Positions 17,516 through 27,031 are shown, counted from the first letter of the stretch. The stretch is DNA of 64,000 nt from Coriobacteriaceae bacterium (GCA_036718335.1 DAIMBN010000003.1:1862-65861), one strand, 5' to 3'. Program-made: numbers and translations. Notes: generated by a model from the letters alone, not told the origin.

Positions 17516-17661
17516 GGTAACGACCCTACCACGTTGCACTTTACCAAACAAGAGTATTCGTATATAACGTTTAAAAAATGCAGCAATATGCTGGAAACAT
17601 GTGTGCCACAATCCTGTATCACAATAAGTTGCAACAGATGTGCCTTACGAAGGGATTCTCT

Positions 17662-18849
17662 ATGACCGAGCTCCAAGAACTCCGTCGCTATCGCCGCGAT
17701 CTCCATCGCATTCCGGAGCTCGATTTCGATCTTCCTCAAACCATAGCCTATATCGAGGGCGTGCTCGCTTCGCTTGCCTGTGAAGTGACCCATCCCTGCC
17801 CCAGCTGTGTTTGTGCTTTCTTCGACGCTGGCACGGGCGCCGCGCATGCCACGGCGATTCGCGCCGATATGGACGCACTGCCCATCGCGGAGGCGACGGG
17901 TGCGGCCTTTGCCTCGACGCATCCCGGAAAGATGCACGCTTGCGGACACGATGGACACATGGCCATGGCACTTGCGGCGGCAACCTTTGTCGATCGCACG
18001 ATTCGTGAGCAGCCAGGTGCCATCAAGCGCAACGTGCTCTTTGTGTTCCAGCCTGCCGAGGAGACGACTGGTGGCGCCAAGACAGTTTGCGAGAGCGGTG
18101 TGTTCGAGCGCTACGGGGTCGACCGCATTTTTGGCTTTCACGTGTGGTCCGATCTGACTGCGAACACATTGGCGAGCTGTTCCGGCCCGCTGCTGGCGCG
18201 CTCGAGCGAGACACATATCCATATTCACGGTACGAGTATCCATATTGCTAAGACTTATGGTGTGCCGGTTGAGGAGTCGCACGATGCCGCGTTGGCGGCA
18301 GCGAAGTTTTTGGTTGCAGAGCGCGAATTGATGGACGAGTTGGGTGCCGATGAACCCTGCATTGCTAAGTTCGGCCTGCTGCAGGCCGGTACGGTTTGCA
18401 ATGCGGTGGCGGGGGAGGCCCATGTGGCCGGCAGCTTGCGTGTGTTTACGGACGACATGTTCGACCGCGCGCGCGAAGGCGTGCGCCGCGTGCTTGATGA
18501 GGCATGCGCCGCAACGGGCTGCACATATGACCTCGATTTTGCCGAGGGCTATCCGCCGGTCGACAACGACCCCGAGCTGTTTGCCAACATCACGCCTGCC
18601 TTGCCCGGGCTGCAGCTCGTGGAGGAACCGCTGCTGATCGCCGAGGATTTCGCGTTCTATCAACGCCATCTGCCGGGCGTGTTTTTCCTGCTGGGCACGG
18701 GTATGCCAGAGGACCAAGACAACCCGAGTGATTCGGATGGCTGTCCCGCCTATGCCACAAGCGCTCTGCATACCGATAGCATGCTCTTCGACGAGGAAAT
18801 CCTACTCAAAGGCCTCGATGTCTATAAACGATTGCTTTTGCTTGACTAA
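17662..18849 (+). CDS. M20-family amidohydrolase, probably N-acetyldiaminopimelate deacetylase
   Basis: MTELQELRRYRRDLHRIPELDFDL and ACGHDGH metal-binding motifs of the M20D/ama-hipO-hyuC family. Divergent from the L-box operon that encodes DapH. Confidence 0.75.
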   Translation: MTELQELRRYRRDLHRIPELDFDLPQTIAYIEGVLASLACEVTHPCPSCVCAFFDAGTGAAHATAIRADMDALPIAEATGAAFASTHPGKMHACGHDGHMAMALAAATFVDRTIREQPGAIKRNVLFVFQPAEETTGGAKTVCESGVFERYGVDRIFGFHVWSDLTANTLASCSGPLLARSSETHIHIHGTSIHIAKTYGVPVEESHDAALAAAKFLVAERELMDELGADEPCIAKFGLLQAGTVCNAVAGEAHVAGSLRVFTDDMFDRAREGVRRVLDEACAATGCTYDLDFAEGYPPVDNDPELFANITPALPGLQLVEEPLLIAEDFAFYQRHLPGVFFLLGTGMPEDQDNPSDSDGCPAYATSALHTDSMLFDEEILLKGLDVYKRLLLLD

Positions 18850-18951
18850 GGCGCGAAGGACAATTTGTTCTAGAAAACACGAACAAACGTACGATATAAT
18901 AGAGATGTAAGTCTATAGAAACGTTTGACGTTACTAACGTAAGGCGATACT

Positions 18952-19233
18952 ATGATTGCATCGTATAAAGATGAGGATACCGAACGCTTTGCCATGGGTG
19001 TGCGGGTCAGGAGGTTCGTGCCCTTTGAGCGTGTTGCGTTGAGGAAGATTCGCCAACTGCAGGTTTGCGCTTCGCTTGATGATCTTCGCGTTCCACCGGG
19101 CAACCGCCTGGAAGCTTTGAAGGGCGATCGTGCCGGTCAATATAGCATCCGTGTTAACGAGCGCTATCGGGTCTGTTTTGAGTGGAGACAGGAGATGGCT
19201 TGGAATGTCGAAATCGTCGATTATCACAAGTGA
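18952..19233 (+). CDS. higB: HigB-type toxin (plasmid maintenance system killer protein family)
   Basis: 93 aa. ...LRVPPGNRLEALKGDRAGQYSIRVNERYRVCFEW... is the classic HigB/RelE-fold signature. Confidence 0.8.
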   Translation: MIASYKDEDTERFAMGVRVRRFVPFERVALRKIRQLQVCASLDDLRVPPGNRLEALKGDRAGQYSIRVNERYRVCFEWRQEMAWNVEIVDYHK

Positions 19234-19546
19234 TGAGACTTCGGCCGATTTGCTGTCGCCGGTGACTCCTGGTGAGCTTCTCAAAGAGGAGTTTCTTGTT
19301 CCCATGGGCATTTCTCAATATCGCCTTGCGAAAGAGACTGGGATTCCGGCTCAGCGTATCGGGCAGATTGTCTTGGGAAAACGTCGCGTGACGGCCGACA
19401 CCGACCTCCGTCTTTGCCGTTATTTTGGCCTGACGGATGGTTATTGGCTGCGCGCTCAGGTGGCGTTTGACCTTGAGGCCGAGAAAAGGCGGATTGAACC
19501 GGAACTCGACAAGATCGTTCCTGTTCAGCAGGCTATCGCACTGTAG
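19205..19546 (+). CDS. higA: HigA-type antitoxin (XRE HTH)
   Basis: Start ATG 19205 overlaps the higB 3' end. PGELLKEEFLVPMGISQYRLAKETGIPAQRIGQIVLGKRRVTADTDLRLCRYFG is the HigA/VapI HTH signature. Confidence 0.8.
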   Translation: MSKSSIITSDETSADLLSPVTPGELLKEEFLVPMGISQYRLAKETGIPAQRIGQIVLGKRRVTADTDLRLCRYFGLTDGYWLRAQVAFDLEAEKRRIEPELDKIVPVQQAIAL

Positions 19547-19899
19547 TGCTCAAAGATGATGGGGGTGGCGCGGCGATGAGGCGACGCCGACAGTCTGCCG
19601 TATATAGTCCGGGTGGATGCGGGTGCGGTTTGCTGCTGCTTCCGGTCATCGCTGTGGGCATTGGCGTGATGTTTGTGCTTGCTGGGCTGGCTACGGCGGC
19701 ACTCGTACTGTTTATCACTGCTATCGGCGTGACGATTTGGCTTTATCGCAGTCGTGAGCAGCGCCGCGCCGACGGTAAGACCAATGTAGGATGGATTGCC
19801 TTTTTGGTCATCGCCTACCTGCTGAGCATCAGCTATCTGGCCTTCTTTATCCTGTTGCTTGTGAGCACCTTTACCGGGGAATCCGTCACGGTGGGTTGA
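19546..19899 (+). CDS. Small integral membrane protein (hypothetical)
   Basis: Three hydrophobic helices (LLLLPVIAVGIGVMFVLAGLATAALVLFITAIGVTIWL; WIAFLVIAYLLSISYLAFFILLLV). The start is uncertain: GTG 19546 or ATG 19576. Confidence 0.45.
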   Translation: MLKDDGGGAAMRRRRQSAVYSPGGCGCGLLLLPVIAVGIGVMFVLAGLATAALVLFITAIGVTIWLYRSREQRRADGKTNVGWIAFLVIAYLLSISYLAFFILLLVSTFTGESVTVG

Positions 19900-20004
19900 T
19901 GCACTGCCAGCAGACGGTTGCGCAAAGTGCGTTTGCTCGGCGTTTGGATAACTGCATTGGCCGTTTACCGCAGCCTTAGCTCTCAGCTAATGAATTCAAG
20001 TTTA

Positions 20005-20058
20005 ATCCTTCCTACGATGTGCTGTGTGCCGGCACGGTAGCCGGATCGTAGGAAGGAT
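20005..20058 (+). promoter_or_regulatory. Perfect 14-bp stem hairpin whose 3' arm contains the SD of the downstream lipoprotein gene
   Basis: ATCCTTCCTACGAT (20005-20018) and ATCGTAGGAAGGAT (20045-20058), with the ATG at 20061. Confidence 0.5.
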
Positions 20059-20060
20059 GC

Positions 20061-20606
20061 ATGATGAAAAAGCTTGAAAACGAAGTGCTGCTGAGCCGTC
20101 GCGCTGCACTGGGCGCATTCGCCACCGTCGCCTTGGGGACTGCCGGTCTTCTTACCGGTTGTGGTAGCGATAAGGCGACCGTCACCGAGGACGCTGGCGA
20201 TGGCGACAAGAAGGAAGAGGCGAAGAAGGAAGAGCAGTCTACGACTGACCTGGCGGTTGGTGCGACGGTGACCACGGCTGCCGGTCTTTCCGTCGTTGTC
20301 GATTCCGTCCAGCCCGGCCTCACAAATTATGACGGTTCGACCATGACGGGCATTCACGTCACGTACGTCAACAATGGTGATGAGGGCGCAGATTACAACA
20401 TCTACGACTGGAAGGGCGAGGACGCCAACGGCGCTCAGCAGAATCAGGGCTACTACAGCGAGGGCTCCGATGAGCTGCAGTCTGGTACCCTTGCCGCTGG
20501 TGGCTCTGTGGCGGGCAATATCTACTTTGATGGCGATATCAAGAAGGCACTGTATTTTGCCAACATGTTTGATAAGTCTGCCACTGCAAGCTGGGTGTTG
20601 GCCTAG
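20061..20606 (+). CDS. Lipoprotein, DUF4352-like
   Basis: Signal peptide with lipobox LLTGC, followed by a beta-rich domain (GIHVTYVNNGDEGADYNIYDWKGEDANG...SVAGNIYFDG) resembling DUF4352. Confidence 0.6.
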   Translation: MMKKLENEVLLSRRAALGAFATVALGTAGLLTGCGSDKATVTEDAGDGDKKEEAKKEEQSTTDLAVGATVTTAAGLSVVVDSVQPGLTNYDGSTMTGIHVTYVNNGDEGADYNIYDWKGEDANGAQQNQGYYSEGSDELQSGTLAAGGSVAGNIYFDGDIKKALYFANMFDKSATASWVLA

Positions 20607-20645
20607 CATGTCGCTACCGTTGCGCCGTATGGGAGGTGAAGTCGT

Positions 20646-21068
20646 ATGCCCGATAAAAAGCTGACTGACGAGTTGCTCAATGAGCTTCTCGACGTGCCAA
20701 ACATCGATGGCTATATCAAAGAACACGACTTTGCCGCCCCGTCGCTTTCGAACTACCTGAAGCAGCTACTGCAGGAAAAGGGCTTGGAGCGCTCGCGCGT
20801 GGTTCGTATGGCCGATCTCAATGAGACCTTTGGCTATCAGATCTTTACCGGTGCGCGGCATCCGAGCCGCAATAAGGTGCTGCAGATTGCCTTTGCGATG
20901 GCGCTGACGCTCAAAGAAACCAACCGTGCGCTGACGGCTGCCGGGGTAAGCGTCCTTAACTGCAAGGACCGCCGCGATGCGATTATCATTTTTTGCATCG
21001 ATCGCGGGTGCAGCCTCCAAAAGGTCAACGAGGAGCTGTATCGCTTTGGCGAGGAGACGGTGAGTTAG
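20646..21068 (+). CDS. HTH (XRE-like) domain protein
   Basis: 140 aa. LERSRVVRMADLNETFGYQIFTGARHPSRNKVLQIAFAMALTLKETNRAL resembles the HTH_26/XRE-like small proteins of Gram-positives. Confidence 0.5.
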   Translation: MPDKKLTDELLNELLDVPNIDGYIKEHDFAAPSLSNYLKQLLQEKGLERSRVVRMADLNETFGYQIFTGARHPSRNKVLQIAFAMALTLKETNRALTAAGVSVLNCKDRRDAIIIFCIDRGCSLQKVNEELYRFGEETVS

Positions 21069-21136
21069 CGGCTGATATCTGAGCCGGCGGAGCTGCCGAA
21101 CAACGATGCAAACGAACGGGGCGCAGATGCCATGGG

Positions 21137-22546
21137 GTGTCTGCGCCCTGCGCTATGATGGAGGCTATGGATACTCAGAGCCCAACATATTCCGATGACG
21201 AGCTGACCGCAGCGCTTGCCGAGCACCTGGCGTCGCTCGATCGCGACGGCAGCTATCGCGTGGAGCGTGTACTTAAGCGCTCGTCCGTTGAAACAACCGA
21301 GCTCGTGTACTTTGAAGGAACCGGCGGTGGTTCGCTCGGCCCCTTTGTCCGTAAACGTATCGATGCTTCGGCTCAAATCGGCGGGGCATACGAGCGCCTG
21401 TTTGCCGCTCAGCGGGCAGGCAGGCGTTTTGAGCACCTGCCCAGAATCGTCGATTGTCGTCGTGTGGGCGACGAGCTCAACGTGGTTATGGAATACATCG
21501 AAGGGGAGACGCTCGGGGCGCTGGTGGACCGTCTGGGAGCCACCCCCGATTATGCACGTGAATTGTATCCTGTCCTTTGCGACGCCGTGGGCGAGCTCCA
21601 TGCCGGTTTTGCAATGGCGGGGGAGGCTTCGGCGCCAGTGATCCATCGCGACCTCAAGCCGTCGAATATCATCGCGACAGGTGCCAACTATACGCCTGAT
21701 GGCGGCCTGACGTTTTCATCGCTGGTGATTATCGACCTGGGGATCGCGCGCGTATGGCGCGATGGCGCCGATGCCGATACCGTCAAGTTTGGGACACGGC
21801 CCTATGCGCCGCCCGAGCAGTATGGGTTTGGGCAGACGAGCGTACGAAGCGACGTCTACGCACTTGGCGCCCTGTTGTTCTTCTGCTTGACGGGAGTCGA
21901 CCCTAAACCAGGGCTCGACATGCGCGAGCAATGCGAGGCGCGCGGCATTCCTACTCCACTTGCCGATGCCGTCTGCATGTCGATGGCGCTCGACCCGGCC
22001 AAGCGTTTTGCGAGCGCGGAAGCGTTGGGACGGGCGACGCGCGCGGCATACGATCTAAGTCGCCCCGTGCGGCCTCCTGCGCCTGCGCCTGTCCGTACTC
22101 CGGCCTCGGAGACGGTGTTGACGCCCCAAGGGCTCCAGAACCCCACAGGGCTTCCTAGGCCTGCCGCCTCCGCTGCATGCGGTCTGCTCTCTCGCGTTCC
22201 GGAGTCTCTGGGACGTATTTGGAATACGCTCGTCTGCTTCTCGCTGCTTGTGTTCTTTGCCGGAAGTCACTTTGCCGTCTTTCACCCCACGGGAGCAAAT
22301 CAAGGCTACCCGACGTGGCTTCTCATAATCGAGTATTTTTTCTTTGTCGATGGCCTTATGGTGCTTATGCATTTTGCGCTGCTCGATAAGCGCCGTCTTC
22401 GTCGGCGATTCGCACTGCTCGACAGCTATCGCGGCAAGAAACTCGCGAAACTCTGGCTCAAGGTATTGGGTGTGCTGCTCCTATGCATGATCGTCATAGT
22501 CGCGGTTGTCAATGCGACCGGCGTCGTCGATACCTCCGCTACCTAA
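21137..22546 (+). CDS. Ser/Thr protein kinase with a C-terminal multi-TM region
   Basis: Hanks kinase motifs HRDLKPSNI, DLGIAR and PYAPPEQ, plus C-terminal hydrophobic segments. The start is GTG 21137 or ATG 21155. Confidence 0.85.
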   Translation: MSAPCAMMEAMDTQSPTYSDDELTAALAEHLASLDRDGSYRVERVLKRSSVETTELVYFEGTGGGSLGPFVRKRIDASAQIGGAYERLFAAQRAGRRFEHLPRIVDCRRVGDELNVVMEYIEGETLGALVDRLGATPDYARELYPVLCDAVGELHAGFAMAGEASAPVIHRDLKPSNIIATGANYTPDGGLTFSSLVIIDLGIARVWRDGADADTVKFGTRPYAPPEQYGFGQTSVRSDVYALGALLFFCLTGVDPKPGLDMREQCEARGIPTPLADAVCMSMALDPAKRFASAEALGRATRAAYDLSRPVRPPAPAPVRTPASETVLTPQGLQNPTGLPRPAASAACGLLSRVPESLGRIWNTLVCFSLLVFFAGSHFAVFHPTGANQGYPTWLLIIEYFFFVDGLMVLMHFALLDKRRLRRRFALLDSYRGKKLAKLWLKVLGVLLLCMIVIVAVVNATGVVDTSAT

Positions 22547-22576
22547 AAGAAAAGGGCCCCATTGGGGCCCTTTGCA
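22546..22576. terminator. Bidirectional terminator between convergent genes
   Basis: AAAAGAAAAGGGCCCC ATTG GGGCCCTTTG. Confidence 0.7.
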
Positions 22577-22583
22577 GTTGCAC

Positions 22584-23717
22584 TTAGATGCGGTTCATCT
22601 GAGCGGCGACTTTGTTGTACCAGTCCTGCCACGTGGGCGGGCAGTACTTTTTGGCCGCTGCCGGGGTAAGGGTGGAGCCGTAGTTGGCGCCCAGATAGGC
22701 AACGTGAGCGGAGATGCCCTCGCTCCAGCTGCCAAAGCTGCGCCAACCGCCGCCACGTGCACTCCAGCCCCAGGCGTTGTAAGAATTGGCGCAATAAGCA
22801 CCCTTGGTGCTCTCGATGCAGGCGATGGCGGGGGACCAACGGGGGTCGACACCGGTATTCCAAGCGGCGACGGCAAAGTTATAGCCCTGGCCTGCCATGG
22901 GGGAGCCGGCGAGATAATTGTCGATGCGGCCTGTCCACTCATTAATGAACGAATCGTAATCGGAGTTACCAGTATTGGAGCTGTTCACCGTGGTGTCGAT
23001 GGTGGTGTTGGTGTTGGTGGCCTGGCTGCTGGAATTGCTGCCGCTTACGCCCTCGCCCGAGAGCTTCTCAGCGGCAGCGGCCTTATCGGCCTCAAGCTTG
23101 GCAAGCTCGGCGGCATTTTCCTGCTCGGCTTTTGCCTGCGCCTCGCTGCGGAGCTGCTGGGCCTGCGCCAGCGCGTCCTCGGCGTTTTTCTGCTCTGCCT
23201 CAAGTTGAGACTTGGCCTGCTGGAGCTCAGCCTTGTTCTGCTCGAGTTCGGTTTGCATGTTATTGAGCTCTTCGATCTCGTCGACGCTCGAGCTCGTGAT
23301 CTGGTTGGTGTATTTGCAGGTCGTGATGAACTCACCCAGGCTCTGCGCGTTGACCAGGAAGCTCACGATGGGATTGGTGCCCTTCTGATACTTGTACAGA
23401 TCGCGCATGGCGGAGCTTGCCTTGGCCTGCTGCTCGGGAAGCTTGGCCTCGATTTCCTCGATGCTTGCCTCATTGGAGTCAATCTGCTTTTGCAGGTCAT
23501 CGAGTTTGGTGCGGGCGTCGTTGTAGGCGCTCGTGGCGGCTTCGATCTTCTGCTGGGCTGCGGAAAGCTGGTCCTGCGTTGCCTGCGAGGCGGCATACGC
23601 CGCAACGGGGGAGAGCATCGGCGTGGCCGTCAGCGCAACGGCGAGCGCGGCGCTCGTGATGATACGAGCCGGCTTCGACGCAATGAGCGCTGCGGTGCGA
23701 TGATTCGAATGCTGCAT
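22584..23717 (-). CDS. Secreted coiled-coil protein with a C-terminal putative cell-wall-active domain
   Basis: Signal peptide (AALAVALTATPMLSPVAAYA), a long PcsB-like coiled coil, a Ser/Thr/Asn linker, then a ~130-aa domain (...WSPAIACIESTKGAYCANSYNAWGW...). The function of that C-terminal domain is not recognised with certainty. Confidence 0.6.
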   Translation of the reverse strand: MQHSNHRTAALIASKPARIITSAALAVALTATPMLSPVAAYAASQATQDQLSAAQQKIEAATSAYNDARTKLDDLQKQIDSNEASIEEIEAKLPEQQAKASSAMRDLYKYQKGTNPIVSFLVNAQSLGEFITTCKYTNQITSSSVDEIEELNNMQTELEQNKAELQQAKSQLEAEQKNAEDALAQAQQLRSEAQAKAEQENAAELAKLEADKAAAAEKLSGEGVSGSNSSSQATNTNTTIDTTVNSSNTGNSDYDSFINEWTGRIDNYLAGSPMAGQGYNFAVAAWNTGVDPRWSPAIACIESTKGAYCANSYNAWGWSARGGGWRSFGSWSEGISAHVAYLGANYGSTLTPAAAKKYCPPTWQDWYNKVAAQMNRI

Positions 23718-23951
23718 CCAGTCCCTCTGCAATCAATCGTAGGTTATGGTTCGAACGGTATTCTACTACTGCTTTCGACCTCAACTTGAACCTTAAAGGT
23801 TCCAAAGGGTCAAGTTGAACTTGAGGCTTTGGCTTTGACCTGCAGTTATGATGAATTGTTGAGAAACCATAGAGTTCAACTTTAACGTTACAGAGCCCTG
23901 TTTGAGAGGAGTTTTGGGCTGTAAAAGCTATCTCAACGTGGGGTTTCATAA

Positions 23952-24584
23952 CTACAGCGTGCCCTTCTGGCGAGCCTGCTCAATCTCTTCGAGGGCCTCG
24001 GCGGGGGTGAACGAACAGGTGCCGTCGCCGAGTTTGACTACCCGGATATCGTCGCCGGTATGGACCTCTCCGCCCTCTAGTACCACGCCAAAAACGCCCT
24101 CGTGGGGAAAGATACAGTCGCCGGCGAGATAGTAGATGGCACAGCGGGTGTGGCAGACCTTGCCGATCTGACTGATTTCGACCAGGACATCGTTGCCAAT
24201 CTTGAGCTGCGTTCCCAGGGGGAGCGAGAGCAGGTTGATGCCCTGGGTTGTGAAGTTCTCGCCAAAGTCGCCCTCGTGCACATCGAGCCCGCGCGCCTGC
24301 GCCGTCTGGATAGACTCTGCAGCTAAAAAGGAAACCTGGCGGTGCCAATGCCCGGCGTGCGCATCGGAGGCGAGGCCAAACTGCTCGATGACGGTGTCGT
24401 GCCCGTCGGCGACGGGTGACTTACGCGTGCCTTTGTGCTCCGACGTGTTGATTGAGACGATACGGGCAGGCCCGTTGTAAGCATCGTTTGCGGTGCGTAG
24501 GGGAGCTGCCGTTTGTGCACGTTCCGCCAGCTCGTGCTTCGCGGCATTGAGGATGGGATTATCGGTCGGATGGTCTTGGGGCAC
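23952..24584 (-). CDS. MOSC domain-containing protein
   Basis: 210 aa. ...GLASDAHAGHWHRQVSFLAAESI...GDFGENFTTQGI... fits the MOSC beta-barrel signature. Confidence 0.7.
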   Translation of the reverse strand: MPQDHPTDNPILNAAKHELAERAQTAAPLRTANDAYNGPARIVSINTSEHKGTRKSPVADGHDTVIEQFGLASDAHAGHWHRQVSFLAAESIQTAQARGLDVHEGDFGENFTTQGINLLSLPLGTQLKIGNDVLVEISQIGKVCHTRCAIYYLAGDCIFPHEGVFGVVLEGGEVHTGDDIRVVKLGDGTCSFTPAEALEEIEQARQKGTL

Positions 24585-24818
24585 GTGCGCGCCTTTCGCT
24601 CGAGGATGTCAATACACTGAATCCTACAACAATGGTAGGTTCATTGCCCATTGTCATACAACGGTGAGCGCCGTCTTCGTGCTGGCCTTCGTGCTGGACG
24701 ATTACGTCGATTGCCATAGATACGGTGGAGCTTTGGGCGCCGGCGGCTTGGCACGCTAGAATAAATCAGTTGCGCAAAGACCGCCCGTTGTGTGGGCAGT
24801 TCATGATAGGAAGTTTCC

Positions 24819-26075
24819 ATGGCATTGCAGTTTACAGAGCGCGAGTTCATCCCCGTGCTGCTCGGTGGCGACATCAACGCCTACTCGGTGGCGCGCGCCT
24901 TCTACGAGGAGTACCAGGTCAAGAGTCTGGTCTTTGGCAAGTACCAGACGGGCCCTGCGTACCGCAGCCAGATTATCGACTACACGCCCAACGTGGATAT
25001 CGATACCATGCCCGTGATGCTCAAAACCGTCAACGGCATTGCCCAAGCGCATGCCGACAAGACGATTGTCCTTGTGGGCTGTGGCGATAACTATGTTGCC
25101 CTCGTGGCTCAGGCCAAGGATGCCCATGAGTTGGCGGATAACATCGTCGCGCCTTACGCTCCCTATAGCATGCTTGAACAGTGTCAGAAGAAGGAGATCT
25201 TCTACGAGCTGTGCGAGAAGCATGGCGTGCCCTATCCGCACACGTTTACCTTTACCAAGGCGATGCTCAATGCCCAGGGTGAGGCGCCTGCCGAAGTGCT
25301 CGACCAGATCGATTTTCCTTACCCGATGATTCTGAAGCCTTCTGACGGCATCATGTGGTGGCAGCACGAGTTCGAGGGCCAGAAGAAGGCCTATGATATT
25401 GCCGACCGCGCCGAGCTGGAACAGGTCATTCGCGATTCGTATGCCAGCGGCTACACCGACGATCTGATCTTGCAGGATCGCGTGCCCGGCAACGACGAGT
25501 ACATGCGCGTGCTCACCAGCTATTCCGACCGCAACGGCAAGGTGCGCATGATGTGCCTGGGCCATGTGCTGCTCGAGGAGCATCAGCCCCACGGTGTCGG
25601 CAACCATGCCTGTATCATTACCGAGCCCAACGACGAGCTCATGGGCGGCGTGCGCAAGCTGCTCGAGGACCTTCACTTTGTGGGCTATTCCAACTTTGAC
25701 GTTAAGTACGACGAGCGCGACGGCTCGTTTAAGTTCTTCGATTTCAACACGCGCCAGGGCCGCAGCAACTACTACGTTACCAACAGCGGCTTTAACGTTG
25801 CCAAGTATGTGGTGGACGAGTATGTGTTCAACCGTCCGTTTGAGCCGGAGTTTGTGACGGCTCAGGACGAGGCCCTGTGGATGGTCGTCCCCATGGGCGT
25901 CGTCGACAAGTACGTCAAGGATCCCGAGCTGCGCGCTAAGGTGCATCGCCTGGACAAGGAAGGCAAGGGCGCCGACCCTTCGTTTATGAAGGGCGACTTT
26001 GTCTTTAACCGCTGGCTGCGCATGTGGCACACCAAGCTGCGCCACTTTAAGCTGTTCAAGACGTATTACAAGTAG
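24819..26075 (+). CDS. ATP-grasp ligase, D-aspartate ligase-like (peptidoglycan side-chain D-Asp addition)
   Basis: 418 aa. The N-terminus EREFIPVLLGGDINAYSVARAF, VRMMCLGHVLLEE and FDFNTRQGRSNYY resemble the Asl-type ATP-grasp enzymes of enterococci and lactococci. An Asp/Glu-racemase-family gene follows directly. Confidence 0.6.
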   Translation: MALQFTEREFIPVLLGGDINAYSVARAFYEEYQVKSLVFGKYQTGPAYRSQIIDYTPNVDIDTMPVMLKTVNGIAQAHADKTIVLVGCGDNYVALVAQAKDAHELADNIVAPYAPYSMLEQCQKKEIFYELCEKHGVPYPHTFTFTKAMLNAQGEAPAEVLDQIDFPYPMILKPSDGIMWWQHEFEGQKKAYDIADRAELEQVIRDSYASGYTDDLILQDRVPGNDEYMRVLTSYSDRNGKVRMMCLGHVLLEEHQPHGVGNHACIITEPNDELMGGVRKLLEDLHFVGYSNFDVKYDERDGSFKFFDFNTRQGRSNYYVTNSGFNVAKYVVDEYVFNRPFEPEFVTAQDEALWMVVPMGVVDKYVKDPELRAKVHRLDKEGKGADPSFMKGDFVFNRWLRMWHTKLRHFKLFKTYYK

Positions 26076-26159
26076 ATGAGCGCGGCGCCCGTCCGGTTTG
26101 CATCGGGCGGGCGCGGGTATGATACGCGCAATTGCGCAAGCGTCACCAAGGAGGCGGCG

Positions 26160-26906
26160 ATGGAAAAGCTGGGAGTTATCGGCGGCATGGGCGCCGAGGC
26201 CACGTCGTATTACTATGACCAGGTGGTGCGTCATACGACTGCTGCCTGCGATCAGGAACATATCGACATGGTGGTGCTCTCCAAGTCGACCATGCCCGAC
26301 CGCACGTTGGCCATTAAGACCGGCGAGCATGCCAAGCTGCTGGCGACCATGAAAGAGTGTGCCCAGGCACTCGAGTCGCTGGGCTGTGCACACATTGCCA
26401 TTCCCTGCAACACGTCACACTACTTCTATGACCAGATCCAGTCGTTTACGAAGGTGCCGATTATCCACATGCCGCGTGAGTCGGTGCGCTATGCTCTGGC
26501 CGGTGCGGTGATGGGGGAGTGCGAGTTCGACCCCAACCTGAGTATGCCGGCCGAGCCGGTGCACAAGATTGGCATCATGGGCACCGACGGAACCGTGGGC
26601 GCGGGTGTCTACGGCCGCGAATGTAAGGCTGCGGGTGTTGAGGTCGTCTATCCCAGCGAGAAACGTCAGAACGATGTGATGTCCCTTATCTACGATGATG
26701 TGAAGGCCGGACGTGAGCCCGATATGGATAAGTTCGACCGCGTGATGTGGGAGTTCGCCCGTAGCGGCTGCGACCGCGTCATTCTGGCCTGCACCGAGCT
26801 CTCGGTGCTGCAAAAGTACCGAGAGATGCCCGAGATCACCCTCGACGCCATGGATGTCCTGGTGCGCGAATCCATCATCCGCAGCGGCGCCCCCTACCGC
26901 CTCTAG
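26160..26906 (+). CDS. Aspartate/glutamate racemase-family protein (probable aspartate racemase)
   Basis: AAGGAGG lies upstream of ATG 26160. MEKLGVIGGMGAEATSYYY plus two catalytic-Cys regions (IAIPCNTSHYF, ILACTELS). Confidence 0.8.
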   Translation: MEKLGVIGGMGAEATSYYYDQVVRHTTAACDQEHIDMVVLSKSTMPDRTLAIKTGEHAKLLATMKECAQALESLGCAHIAIPCNTSHYFYDQIQSFTKVPIIHMPRESVRYALAGAVMGECEFDPNLSMPAEPVHKIGIMGTDGTVGAGVYGRECKAAGVEVVYPSEKRQNDVMSLIYDDVKAGREPDMDKFDRVMWEFARSGCDRVILACTELSVLQKYREMPEITLDAMDVLVRESIIRSGAPYRL

Positions 26907-26965
26907 CTTCCGACCTGTCAAAAAGGGCCAGGTTAATTTTGGTAGGTTTTATCTGGTGAAACAGT

Positions 26966-27005
26966 AAAGGCCTCGGCTCGTTTGGTGCGAGCCGAGGCCT
27001 TTTGC
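26966..27005. terminator. Bidirectional terminator
   Basis: AAAGGCCTCGGCTCG TTTGGTG CGAGCCGAGGCCTTTTG. Confidence 0.75.
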
Positions 27006-27031
27006 GTTGGGCGGTTGCTGTCGGTGGTGAA

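Noticed and set aside
23733-23951. Cyclic-di-AMP (ydaO-type) riboswitch upstream of the secreted cell-wall protein, as often seen in Actinobacteria
   Set aside because: Reading the minus-strand leader, I could not find the pseudo-twofold ACGGGG/CCCGA-type conserved cores. Only short DNA-like direct and inverted repeats are present, and these are reported separately as a possible operator.
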